From positions 32,001 to 96,000 of IMG/VR virus record IMGVR_UViG_3300009095_000010: 64,000 bases of DNA. One strand, written 5' to 3'. The translations under genes and the position numbers were made by a program. Within the stretch, counting starts at the first letter, position 1. Each line of letters starts with the position of its first letter. The notes under the pieces are model-generated. The model had not been told where the DNA came from. It saw only the letters and a list, made by a program, of their open reading frames with translations, and did no database searches. Positions 37,746 through 46,830 of the stretch are shown here, piece after piece. The DNA is from a virus (lineage: Duplodnaviria; Caudoviricetes).

Positions 37746-38203
37746 TATCCAAATTTCCTAGACCGCACTGAACTTAAACTAACCTTTCTTTCTTTTCTTT
37801 CAATCTCTTTTGTACCTCTAACAAAAGAAATCTCCTCTTCTTCTGATGGTTGTTTGTCCATATTATCCGGAACAAGGATCAGCTGTGCGTACATGCCACA
37901 GGGCTTATGCATGTGCATAAATCTTTCAATTAAATGATATTCATGATCAGTCCAAAGTCTTTTGAACTTTTGATCAAACTTGTCTTGCAGATTGTAAACC
38001 AAATGCCTAATAGCATTTTGATCCAGCATTGGCCTATCAAAAAGCTTTACAACATCTAAATAGTCTAAAACACCATCTATATTTACCAAAGAGTCATCAA
38101 GTTTCAGAATACGATTCTGAACAGAGGGACAGAGAACAAACCCATTCTCCGTCCTACCATAACAGCCTAATACTAGATAAGCATTTTCCTCCACTGATAC
38201 CAA
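37745..38203 (-). CDS. hypothetical protein
   Basis: 152 aa ORF. Confidence 0.6.
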   Translation of the reverse strand: MVSVEENAYLVLGCYGRTENGFVLCPSVQNRILKLDDSLVNIDGVLDYLDVVKLFDRPMLDQNAIRHLVYNLQDKFDQKFKRLWTDHEYHLIERFMHMHKPCGMYAQLILVPDNMDKQPSEEEEISFVRGTKEIERKERKVSLSSVRSRKFG

Positions 38204-38221
38204 CGCAATTCATCGTCTTAA

Positions 38222-38533
38222 TTAGTCCTTTGGAACAATCCTGACGACAGTATACAACGACTGTTGATTTATCTCAAATCTCTCTCCGGCCCCTAATCGA
38301 ACTCTATTTAAAGATTCTTCTAGAGCAGGAAGAACCGCTGCTGACTTCAATGTTAGATGTAAAGAATCGGGAACAGCAACTTCCAATTTCTGCTCCCTCT
38401 TTACATGATCTGAAACCACTTGATTGGGCAGGGCATAAATTTCGATAGGAGCGTTCTTAATCTTCTCCCAAATTTTGGCTGCCTTTGTTTGTTCCGCAAC
38501 CTTATCTACATCTGCGCTTTTTCTTGCTACCAT
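38222..38533 (-). CDS. hypothetical protein
   Basis: 103 aa; SD AGGAG. Confidence 0.65.
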   Translation of the reverse strand: MVARKSADVDKVAEQTKAAKIWEKIKNAPIEIYALPNQVVSDHVKREQKLEVAVPDSLHLTLKSAAVLPALEESLNRVRLGAGERFEINQQSLYTVVRIVPKD

Positions 38534-38557
38534 AATCTTACTTCTCCTAAAATATTT

Positions 38558-38851
38558 TTAAGCAGCTATCTCTTTGGTCACATCCCTGAGAGATTTCTTC
38601 AAGGCATCTACCATAACACTGCCAACTAATCGGGTGACTTCCTCACCGTCCCTGAATACTATAACAGTAGGTACGCTTCTGATCTTATAATCTTTTGCCA
38701 GATCTGGATTATCATCTACATCAACTTCTTGAAAACTAACTGTTGGGAAATCAGGCTCTACTCTTTTGAGTGTTTTGTTCAAAACCTTACATGGAGCACA
38801 CCATGTTGCGGCAAATTTCACAAGACTAATTCCGTTATTGATATTCAGCAT
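38558..38851 (-). CDS. trxA: thioredoxin
   Basis: FAATWCAPCK, VDVD, SVPT. Confidence 0.92.
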   Translation of the reverse strand: MLNINNGISLVKFAATWCAPCKVLNKTLKRVEPDFPTVSFQEVDVDDNPDLAKDYKIRSVPTVIVFRDGEEVTRLVGSVMVDALKKSLRDVTKEIAA

Positions 38852-38924
38852 TAAACTCTCCTTAGTATATAAGATATTCTTTCATTATAAAGTCTTGCAA
38901 AAAACTTGCTAACATAAGAAAATA

Positions 38925-38960
38925 TAAGACCTATAGCTATTTAAATAGCTATAGGTCTTA
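38925..38960. repeat. perfect 36-bp palindrome (terminator or protein-binding site)
   Basis: TAAGACCTATAGCTATTT-AAATAGCTATAGGTCTTA. Confidence 0.85.
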
Positions 38961-39191
38961 GTTAATTTCTTCTCGCTGTGATTCTACGGCTTTTCTTAGA
39001 GCTTCCTGAGTTTGTTTTATAAATTCCTCGCTAAGCTCAGTGGTTTTTTTAACCGCTTCATCTTCCGTGATGATTCCCTTTTCTAGCAAGAGTGTTTCAA
39101 GTGTGGTGATGCGAAGAGCCAGTGTTGCAATAACCTGGCTTTGATTTGATATAATCTCCTCAAATGGATCCTTTTTCTTACCTTCACTCAT
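38958..39191 (-). CDS. hypothetical protein
   Basis: 77 aa; SD AGGAG. Confidence 0.6.
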   Translation of the reverse strand: MSEGKKKDPFEEIISNQSQVIATLALRITTLETLLLEKGIITEDEAVKKTTELSEEFIKQTQEALRKAVESQREEIN

Positions 39192-39281
39192 ACCTTCGCT
39201 CCTTTCGTTCTAGAACCGAGATAATGCCTATATCGATGTTGATTGTTTTTCTGCTATGATATTGCATACATCCAAGCGTAC

Positions 39282-39716
39282 TCATCGAACAGCGACATCT
39301 GGCAACAGCACACCTTTTAGATGGTCCAGTTCATGTTGAGCTATGACTGCTAAAAAATCAGTCAGTATGAATCTATATGGCCAAACCAAGTTGTTCTCTA
39401 CAAGTATCTCTTGGTATCGAAGTGTTCTCTCAAACCTATCGGGGTAGCTCAAACATCCCTCGCCCTCAAATTCAAATTGATTGTAAGACTTTGTAATGGA
39501 AGCATTGACCAAATCAATTTTGATAGACTTATCTGGTCGAATAATACACATCTGCTTCCCAATACCAATTTGAGGGCAAGCCAAACCAACACCAGGCCTT
39601 CCCTGGCTTGCAGACCACTCCAAGGCTCGTTCAAGCTTGGCTCTTAGGTCATCTACCTCTTCTGGTAAGACAGGCTCACAGGTGATTCTCAGAGCCTCTT
39701 CATCCGTGATAATCAC
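39282..39716 (-). CDS. def: peptide deformylase
   Basis: GVGLACPQIG, EGCLS, QHELDHLKG; short C-terminus. Confidence 0.93.
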   Translation of the reverse strand: MIITDEEALRITCEPVLPEEVDDLRAKLERALEWSASQGRPGVGLACPQIGIGKQMCIIRPDKSIKIDLVNASITKSYNQFEFEGEGCLSYPDRFERTLRYQEILVENNLVWPYRFILTDFLAVIAQHELDHLKGVLLPDVAVR

Positions 39717-40290
39717 TAGCTACTTCCACTTTCTGCTCTGACTTAATCAATATAGCTGTCATGTTTCTACCACTCATAGCAGGTTCAGTATCAACTCTCG
39801 CCGATATCATACTTGCAAACTTACCAATTTGTTCAGCTCCAATGTTTTTATGAGCCATCTCTCTACCCCTAAACATAATGGTAACCTTAAGTCTATTACC
39901 TTCATCTACAAACTCTTGTAGTTGACGTGCTTTGGTTTTCAAATCATTCTCATCTGTTCCGGGCCTGAACTTAACTTCTTTTATCTTTACAGCATTTTCA
40001 CGCTGTTTCTTTTTAGCAACCTTCTCCCGCTTTTCTTGTTCGTATTTGTACTTTCCTAAATCAAGAATTTTACAAGTACTAGGCTTATCCCCTCTACCTT
40101 GAGAAATCAAAACCAGATCAAGACTCACCGCTCTAGCCATATCAAGAGCGTCCTTGGTATCTACCAATCCAATATTGTTATTTTCATGATCTATTACATA
40201 TACTTTAGGCTCTTTAATAAACCTTCCATAAACATATTTATAATGATCTTTATTTATTGGCCTTCTTCGCTGTGGGTATCTCAAAGTAAT
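39700..40290 (-). CDS. infC: translation initiation factor IF-3 (AUU at 40290 or UUG at 40284 start)
   Basis: LDLVLI..CKILDLGKYKYE..KKKQ..IKEVKFRP.T..ND..K..KVTIMFRGRE. Confidence 0.93.
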   Translation of the reverse strand: MTLRYPQRRRPINKDHYKYVYGRFIKEPKVYVIDHENNNIGLVDTKDALDMARAVSLDLVLISQGRGDKPSTCKILDLGKYKYEQEKREKVAKKKQRENAVKIKEVKFRPGTDENDLKTKARQLQEFVDEGNRLKVTIMFRGREMAHKNIGAEQIGKFASMISARVDTEPAMSGRNMTAILIKSEQKVEVASDYHG

Positions 40291-40297
40291 TAATCTC

Positions 40298-40618
40298 CTA
40301 ACAAATGTTTAAAACAAATCCGTTGATACGTCTCGGAATAATACGCATCTCTGTGATCAAAAAAGGCCAGCGTCTATCTAGTTCATCTAGAGTTCTTTGC
40401 AGACCAGTAGTAACTTTCATATTTCCAATGAACAAAGAACCTTCATCAAAAGATTCTTCTTTAAGAGTTGACTGAATCTCACCGAGCGTTCTTATAGCTA
40501 TCGCCAACGCTTCTTGGCGGCTTTCAATATCATCAAAGAATTCATCCGTTACTGAGAAGATTCCATCATCTTCTTTGACAAAATACTTTTTAGATTTCGA
40601 TGACTGTTGTCGCTTCAT
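40298..40618 (-). CDS. hypothetical protein
   Basis: 106 aa ORF. Confidence 0.55.
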   Translation of the reverse strand: MKRQQSSKSKKYFVKEDDGIFSVTDEFFDDIESRQEALAIAIRTLGEIQSTLKEESFDEGSLFIGNMKVTTGLQRTLDELDRRWPFLITEMRIIPRRINGFVLNIC

Positions 40619-40748
40619 AATTTAGATCTATTTCTACGATACCTTTTGGCTCGTCTTTATCTTTCTTTTTGAAAGACTCATAGAAAATCGAATAGTCCTC
40701 AGCATACAGATACTCTTGAACAAATTCTTTTTTGCGATTGTCAGACAT
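40590..40748 (-). CDS. 52-aa hypothetical protein
   Basis: Strong SD AGGAGG + ATG; MSDNRKKEFVQEYLYAEDYS.. (translated by hand). Confidence 0.5.
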   Translation of the reverse strand: MSDNRKKEFVQEYLYAEDYSIFYESFKKKDKDEPKGIVEIDLNYEATTVIEI

Positions 40749-40762
40749 ACAACCTCCTTAAA

Positions 40763-41086
40763 TCAATTCAGGATTATGCCTTCATGCAACTGTTCGTGCA
40801 AATCTATATCAATACTATAAAGTCTTTTCTCTAGTGCCTTTAAAATTTTCTGCTCTTGCCGGGAAATAAAGCTGCAATCTATATTCAAAAAACCCATAAA
40901 TTGTGATACAGATATAACTTTACTGTTATTTATCCTAGATAAGGCAAGATCAATCTCATAAGCCCAAGCTTCTGGTATGTGTTGGAACTTTATATGAGGA
41001 AACCTATTCTGCAATAAATTCATATCATCATAGATGAAATCATGTCTATTATTAAAAATCTCACTAAATTGGATAAAGGAAATCAT
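40763..41086 (-). CDS. hypothetical protein
   Basis: 107 aa ORF. Confidence 0.55.
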   Translation of the reverse strand: MISFIQFSEIFNNRHDFIYDDMNLLQNRFPHIKFQHIPEAWAYEIDLALSRINNSKVISVSQFMGFLNIDCSFISRQEQKILKALEKRLYSIDIDLHEQLHEGIILN

Positions 41087-41103
41087 GCATCGAGACCTAA
41101 TCG

Positions 41104-41751
41104 TTAGGCCACTCTCGACCTGTAAGTGGGCTCGATTATACGTTTGGAGTTTATACTCTTTATCATCTGAATCTTAGATTCAAACGGAACAAGTAACTTT
41201 AACCTCAATGCCTTTGGAGGCTCCCTCATAGAAGAGGCTGGCCAAAGCCCGCCATATGGCTTCATCCAATTAGGAATATCATCTGGAGAAATGTTTGCAG
41301 ACCATTTTACATCACTGTTCATTCCTCCGTGTTGACCAACAGAGTTGGCACGAATGACTCTTTTAGGAACCAACCAGCACATCAAGTCACCGTCTGGTAA
41401 GTATCCTAAAAGGAAAGCATATGAATATTGTTGGTCTCTAATCTGTTGAAATTTGAAGTGATGATCTCCATTAGGAGTATACCACAATTTAGATGTCTTA
41501 ACCTCAATAAGAGTGTCAAGAACATCCATATCACTTTCAGAGTTCTTTGTATGTTTGACCAAACTACGGAGCCTAGGAAGCTCTCTCTTCAACATTTGGT
41601 CATAGATCTGAATGGATAAATTCTCTCCAAACTTCCCTCTTCGACGGGAGCTTTCCTTTAGAACAGGCTCCCAGACTGAGCCGGCATAAAGATCTAATTG
41701 CGGAGATAAACTATCAAAAGCATTTTTGATAAGCGGTTTTATTGCTGACAT
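41104..41751 (-). CDS. restriction-endonuclease-like PD-(D/E)xK protein
   Basis: GKFGE..SDMD..IEVKTS..FQQIR; adjacent to the MTase. Confidence 0.6.
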   Translation of the reverse strand: MSAIKPLIKNAFDSLSPQLDLYAGSVWEPVLKESSRRRGKFGENLSIQIYDQMLKRELPRLRSLVKHTKNSESDMDVLDTLIEVKTSKLWYTPNGDHHFKFQQIRDQQYSYAFLLGYLPDGDLMCWLVPKRVIRANSVGQHGGMNSDVKWSANISPDDIPNWMKPYGGLWPASSMREPPKALRLKLLVPFESKIQMIKSINSKRIIEPTYRSRVA

Positions 41752-41813
41752 TCAAAATCTTTCTGCCGTATGGCTTCAGATCAGAACGCTGCGCTCGATA
41801 ACACTCTCGACGT

Positions 41814-43631
41814 TTAGGTTTTAAACACTGCCGAAAATGTCTCAAACCTTTTCTTCATAACCTCAATAGCCTGGGGATTCTCATCAACCAAAAGACAATG
41901 ACGATTGTGTAGGTATGCAGCGTGCCCAAACGATCCAGAACCGGCAAAAAAATCAAGCGTAAAATCACCTGGAGAAGAATGAATCTTTACAATTCTTTCA
42001 AGGATACCCAAAGGTTTCTGTGTGGGATATCCAGTCTTTTCTTTTCCGTTTGTTGGAACAATGGTATGCCACCAACAATTACCACACACCACTGGATATC
42101 CATTACGTCTAACAACTAATGTATGATATGGCTCAACTGTAGCACAATAAACATATCCATCGTACTTTGTATGTGATAAATGACGATCTCTCCAAATACT
42201 GCTTTCATTAGCAACTCTCCTATACACAGTATATTTTGGATAGTTTGAATGGATAATACGATTATTGTAAACCCTATCAGGGGATGGTTCAGTAATTGTT
42301 ATCGAGCTATTATACCCAAGCTTAAATAGTAATTCTTGAACCTGATCAGCCAATATTGGTGAGGTTGTAAAATACGAAATTTGATCTTGATTATTTTCAA
42401 GACCAGCAACTATAGAACCATCCCCACCAACAAGACCATCATATAAAGCCTGCAAATAGGGTCGATCTAATTCAAGAAATTCTTTTGGTATGTATTTTTC
42501 GTGAGAAAATCCAAGTTGAGAAAGGTATAACGCTAATATTTTACCAGAAATAACATAACTATTATTATTATAATGCCACTTAAACCCCAAACGATTTAAG
42601 AGAAGTTCTATTCTTAATTTTTGATTCGGTTTTGTTTGAGATATGTTTGTCTCATATCTCATTTCACTACGTCTTTTTTGTTTGTTTCTCTGAACATTTC
42701 GTATTGTTACACTGCCCTCAGAAATATACCATCCAAGAAATTCACACCAATCAATCATATTAAGATTGTTGAACTTCTTTGTTTTTTTAGAAGAATCTTT
42801 TGGTAAGTTATATGTATTCTGAACTTTGCCAACCCAACAAGTTTTATTTAATAATGTAAAATATTGCGAAGAATCAAGATCACAAGCATGTACAAAATCA
42901 TATTTGTCTGCATGTTTCTTTTTTACGTACATATTATGGTTTGGAGTTACCAACAAATCTACTGTTTTAGATTTTATCTTTATCATATCACCATTATGAT
43001 ATCTTGTGTGTAAGGCTGTTGGTTTTGTGTAAATCAGATTATTTTCAGGTGAAACAGAAGCAAGATCATCATCTAACGTAACTGTAGAAAACCTTTTCCA
43101 ACCTTGGCTGGTTAAAACATCAGTATCATCTGAATAACAATCTGTCGGCGTCTTCCCTCTTTCAGCCTTTTCTTTTCCAACCAATCCAGGTGCCATGTAA
43201 GGAATTCTTTCCATTTCATCAAAATTGAATGTATAGTTTTTATTATTCTTTACGTACCATAAAATATTATCATGTTTAGATGACCACTTGGATTTAGATC
43301 TTCCGCCATAATCATAAGCCCAGATAATTTCATTCATGAAGTTATCTCTTCCGAATATTTTATCTGTCCAAACTTTTACGTAATGAGCTTCATGCCAATC
43401 AAGGTGAATAAACAAACTCCCAGAATCAGAAAGCAGTCGATATGCCTCCTGAATTCTGGGAACAATAAACTCTTCAAAGTTGTTACCAAAAGAATCTTTA
43501 TATTCTTTTTCGCCACGGGCTTGTTTCTTGCCCGTATTGAAAGGCGGATCTATATAAATTAATTTGAAATAACCATCAGGTAGTGATGGTAGAGAGGTAT
43601 TGTTATTGGCATGAACTATCTCTAAGACCAT
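41814..43631 (-). CDS. N4-C/N6-A DNA methyltransferase (beta class) containing an intein
   Basis: YIDPPF, NEIIW, YPTQKP, LDFFAGSGS. Confidence 0.9.
   Translation of the reverse strand: MVLEIVHANNNTSLPSLPDGYFKLIYIDPPFNTGKKQARGEKEYKDSFGNNFEEFIVPRIQEAYRLLSDSGSLFIHLDWHEAHYVKVWTDKIFGRDNFMNEIIWAYDYGGRSKSKWSSKHDNILWYVKNNKNYTFNFDEMERIPYMAPGLVGKEKAERGKTPTDCYSDDTDVLTSQGWKRFSTVTLDDDLASVSPENNLIYTKPTALHTRYHNGDMIKIKSKTVDLLVTPNHNMYVKKKHADKYDFVHACDLDSSQYFTLLNKTCWVGKVQNTYNLPKDSSKKTKKFNNLNMIDWCEFLGWYISEGSVTIRNVQRNKQKRRSEMRYETNISQTKPNQKLRIELLLNRLGFKWHYNNNSYVISGKILALYLSQLGFSHEKYIPKEFLELDRPYLQALYDGLVGGDGSIVAGLENNQDQISYFTTSPILADQVQELLFKLGYNSSITITEPSPDRVYNNRIIHSNYPKYTVYRRVANESSIWRDRHLSHTKYDGYVYCATVEPYHTLVVRRNGYPVVCGNCWWHTIVPTNGKEKTGYPTQKPLGILERIVKIHSSPGDFTLDFFAGSGSFGHAAYLHNRHCLLVDENPQAIEVMKKRFETFSAVFKT
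42078..43139 (-). mobile_element. 354-aa intein with LAGLIDADG endonuclease
   Basis: TPTD|CYSDDTDVLT..VTPNH..FLGWYISEG..LVGGDG..VYCATV..VCGN|CWW. Confidence 0.9.
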
Positions 43632-43643
43632 GCCATATCTATA

Positions 43644-43874
43644 TCAACTCAACTTAACACTTTCTAACCAACCTTGTGATGGTGTAAAAGTTACGGTCTT
43701 ACCGCATTTTATACAGGTTGCTTCTCCCAGTGGCAATCTCATTGGGTTACCCATAAGATCCACATGGGTGCCCATTTCTAAATGGACCGAGCCCCAAAAA
43801 TGCTCCTTTGGTAACAAAGCAACAGCATCATTGATGAGTGCTGCATCCAATGGTTTGTTTGGTTTCAAATCCAT
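43644..43874 (-). CDS. hypothetical zinc-ribbon-like protein
   Basis: 76 aa; H..CIKC. Confidence 0.45.
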   Translation of the reverse strand: MDLKPNKPLDAALINDAVALLPKEHFWGSVHLEMGTHVDLMGNPMRLPLGEATCIKCGKTVTFTPSQGWLESVKLS

Positions 43875-43878
43875 TTAT

Positions 43879-44340
43879 TTACTTTCCGGTGCTTCCAAAA
43901 CCACCAACCCCGCGCTCAGATGAACCAAGCTCTTGTACCTCTACCATCTCTGCACGAGAAACGGGAGTAATGATTAACTGAGCAATCCGATCACCCTTCT
44001 TGATTTCAAACGGTTTGCCACCAAGATTAATTAATATTACTCCGACATCTCCACGATAATCTGAGTCCACCGTTCCTGGGGAGTTCAGGACAGTAATTCC
44101 ATGTTTGATGGCAAGTCCAGACCTGGGCCTAACCTGTGCTTCGTATCCTTGTGGAAGTTCAATTGCAATTCCTGACTTGATAAGTTTATAATTGTTTCTA
44201 ATAGGAAGTCCTAATAAGCTACTAGCGCAAGAAATGACAGCGTCTTCGTCTGCGAAAAGATCCATACCAGCAGCTTCTGCTGATTTGTATTCTGGAACAA
44301 TTGCAGTCTCTGTTAGCTTCTTGAATTTTACTTGTACCAT
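43879..44340 (-). CDS. dut: dUTPase
   Basis: AGMDL, RPRSG, GTVDSDYRG, GDRIAQ, RGVGGFGSTG. Confidence 0.95.
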   Translation of the reverse strand: MVQVKFKKLTETAIVPEYKSAEAAGMDLFADEDAVISCASSLLGLPIRNNYKLIKSGIAIELPQGYEAQVRPRSGLAIKHGITVLNSPGTVDSDYRGDVGVILINLGGKPFEIKKGDRIAQLIITPVSRAEMVEVQELGSSERGVGGFGSTGK

Positions 44341-44358
44341 TTTCTTTCATCTTTCTTT

Positions 44359-44544
44359 TTAGTCAAGAAGATTTTGTTCTAGCTCTCGCCAGGCGTCTAT
44401 GCTCTTGACTGATATGAAAGCCCTTACTTGAAAAAGCATCTGCTCTCGACCTATCACTCCTCTATCAGCTAATGTTTCAACAAGTTTTATAGCTCTGTTT
44501 GCACGCTCTTCATTAGACATTATCCTGCTCATCGCTATCTCCAT
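44359..44544 (-). CDS. hypothetical protein
   Basis: 61 aa, overlap-coupled. Confidence 0.5.
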   Translation of the reverse strand: MEIAMSRIMSNEERANRAIKLVETLADRGVIGREQMLFQVRAFISVKSIDAWRELEQNLLD

Positions 44545-44935
44545 ATCTAGTTTTAAGATCTTCTAATATGAACTTAACTACATCATCTCTTTCTGCTTGC
44601 TGAAGCATTCGCTTAGATGCTGAGGTAACAACAGCCTCACCATTAGCAACCTTAATGAAAGCCTCTGCTATTACTTTATACTCTTCAAACTGCTCTTCAG
44701 TATTCTTTCCTTTTCCATACTTCTCATGAAAATCTTCATGGTGGAAAGTGCAAAGAGCCACGCCATTCTCAACATCATATCTTTGGTCTGGATAGTCAGC
44801 CCAAGCATTTAGGTGATGAGAGTGTAACGCAACCCCGCGCCTTCCGCAAATTGTACAAGTGTAATGATCTCTTCGCTTTACTTCTTGTGCCCAGCGTATG
44901 TAGCCATAATCATCCATCCGGTTATAGATTGCCAA
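44513..44935 (-). CDS. HNH endonuclease
   Basis: RDHYTCTIC..HSHH..NGVALCTFHH..FH; likely TTG start 44935. Confidence 0.8.
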   Translation of the reverse strand: MAIYNRMDDYGYIRWAQEVKRRDHYTCTICGRRGVALHSHHLNAWADYPDQRYDVENGVALCTFHHEDFHEKYGKGKNTEEQFEEYKVIAEAFIKVANGEAVVTSASKRMLQQAERDDVVKFILEDLKTRYGDSDEQDNV

Positions 44936-45833
44936 ATTCACTCTCCCAAATTGAAATAACATTGTAACCAGCAGATTTTAATATTTCTTGTTTGTTTATT
45001 GTTTTTTGATATAAAAACCCATATGTTTTACCAATAACAGGATTTATGTCTTTTGGATTATATATTTTTAAATTTCCATGCCAAAAATCACCATTAAACT
45101 CATATACTGTTTTTGTTATATTGTCAAAACCATCTACTATAAATCTTCTTCCGTTTATATGTAATGTTACTTGTCTATCCTTTAAAGGGATTCCCAATGA
45201 ATTCAACCATTGTATTTCAGATTTGGATACAGACGAAACACTACATTTTGGACATGATTGACCATTCAAATGATTTGTTGGTGTTTGTTCAAACTCACCA
45301 TGTTGTTTACAAATTATTTTTACTTTAGTATGAGAATTTAAATAAACAACTAAACTATAATCATACAGGTTATTATGAATTATATTTGCCCTATTTATAA
45401 ACTCTTCTTTAGTTAAACATAATGTTTTTGTTCTCTTAGCAACTCCACACGCTACACAACCCTTACTATTTAAATGACCGTTTGGTGTTTGTTCAAACAC
45501 TCCATGTACATTACAAATTATCTTTATTTTTGAATGTGCTGTTGTATATTCAACAAAATTATAATTATATTTGTTACCATGAATATTTTCGGCTTTATTA
45601 ATAAATGATACTTTATTTAATCTACGATTACATCCACGAAATTTACCTGCACAAAACTTACAGCCATGTCCAGATAAATGATGATCTGGTCTTTGTTTAA
45701 AGATTCCGTGTATTGGACAAGTTATAACAATATGCTTCTTATATGATTTATATATAGTTAAAGAATAATTATATTTATAAGAGTGTTTATCGTTTGCTTT
45801 AGCAATAAATTCTTGTGGAGTAAGTTTTGCCAT
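44922..45833 (-). CDS. AT-rich homing endonuclease (three Cys/His repeats + Vsr-like domain)
   Basis: Three copies of FI.KA..H..Y.YS..Y..I.C..HG.F.Q.P..HL.G..C..C; VDG..VYEFNGDFWHG..GYNVISIWE. Confidence 0.8.
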   Translation of the reverse strand: MAKLTPQEFIAKANDKHSYKYNYSLTIYKSYKKHIVITCPIHGIFKQRPDHHLSGHGCKFCAGKFRGCNRRLNKVSFINKAENIHGNKYNYNFVEYTTAHSKIKIICNVHGVFEQTPNGHLNSKGCVACGVAKRTKTLCLTKEEFINRANIIHNNLYDYSLVVYLNSHTKVKIICKQHGEFEQTPTNHLNGQSCPKCSVSSVSKSEIQWLNSLGIPLKDRQVTLHINGRRFIVDGFDNITKTVYEFNGDFWHGNLKIYNPKDINPVIGKTYGFLYQKTINKQEILKSAGYNVISIWESEFGNL

Positions 45834-45834
45834 T

Positions 45835-46089
45835 TTATTTCTCAAGAAGGTTTTTAATTTGAAGGAGTCGTCTTTCTGGATTACCAGAAGTTGCTTTCGC
45901 AATGAATGCAATCTCTTCCAAAATATCAGCAGCGCTCTTGAGAGAACCCTCTACGGTTCTGCTATGGCATTTGTCACAAATAGATATAGCTCCCAGAGAA
46001 AAAAGATGCACAACCTTGAGACCATCGTGATATTCTTCACCACAGGCCTGACAATTGACAAATGTTTCAAAGCTTTTGATACCGGACAT
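45835..46089 (-). CDS. zinc-finger hypothetical protein
   Basis: CQAC...CDKC. Confidence 0.55.
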   Translation of the reverse strand: MSGIKSFETFVNCQACGEEYHDGLKVVHLFSLGAISICDKCHSRTVEGSLKSAADILEEIAFIAKATSGNPERRLLQIKNLLEK

Positions 46090-46125
46090 GTTACACCATC
46101 ATGACAAAGGAATATGCAAATATTC

Positions 46126-46830
46126 CTATATCACTAAAGGAATGGCTGGTATCCCTACCTCACTAAGCATTTCTTGAGAAAGCTTAAAATCATCTGTCCA
46201 CCTAGGATTATCAGAACTAAGGTAAAAAACTTTAGTTATTTGAGATTGTATTATTGCTTTTGTACAAGATGTACATGGATACAAAGTCACATATAAATCC
46301 GAATTTTTCGTCTTAACTCCGATTCTAGCTGCGTTTAAAATAGCGTTTTCTTCAGCATGACAAACCCAACTGTATTTCAAAGGACGCTGATGACGTTCTT
46401 CTACATCATCGTTCACCCCTCTGGGAAAACCATTATAACCAGTTGAAAGTATTACTTTATCACGAACAATAACAGCGCCTACTTTTGTAGATCGATCTTT
46501 AGATCTACTAGCAGTAAGGCTCGCAAGATGCATAAAATATTCATCCCATGATCTTTTTGAGTTAGCTATTAAATATTGTGCCGCAAATGTAGCTTTATCA
46601 TTAAGTAAACCAATTGCTTGATTACATCTATGACAAAGCAAACCGCGCACCTTACCAGAAACATGATCATGATCTACACAAAAGCTGTGATCTTCAGGAA
46701 ATTGTTTCTTTTTACATATTGCACAAACATTTCCTTGGTTAGTCAACATTGTATTAAAATCATTTAATGTAATACCATACTTTGATTCTAATGTATATAA
46801 TCTCCTTCTTGCTTTTTCCTTCTCTGTCAA
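46126..46830 (-). CDS. endonuclease VII domain fused to dCMP deaminase
   Basis: KYGIT..QGNVCAIC..VDHDH..VRGLLCHRCN, then WDEYFM..SKD..VGAVIV..GYNGFPRG..HAEENA..PCTSC. Confidence 0.85.
   Translation of the reverse strand: MTEKEKARRRLYTLESKYGITLNDFNTMLTNQGNVCAICKKKQFPEDHSFCVDHDHVSGKVRGLLCHRCNQAIGLLNDKATFAAQYLIANSKRSWDEYFMHLASLTASRSKDRSTKVGAVIVRDKVILSTGYNGFPRGVNDDVEERHQRPLKYSWVCHAEENAILNAARIGVKTKNSDLYVTLYPCTSCTKAIIQSQITKVFYLSSDNPRWTDDFKLSQEMLSEVGIPAIPLVI

Noticed and set aside
11901-46125. Shared promoter motif like CACTA-N-TTGCAT at ~11905, ~29175 and ~46115, and TGATATA upstream of several genes
   Set aside because: Too few and too degenerate in AT-rich DNA to support without motif statistics.
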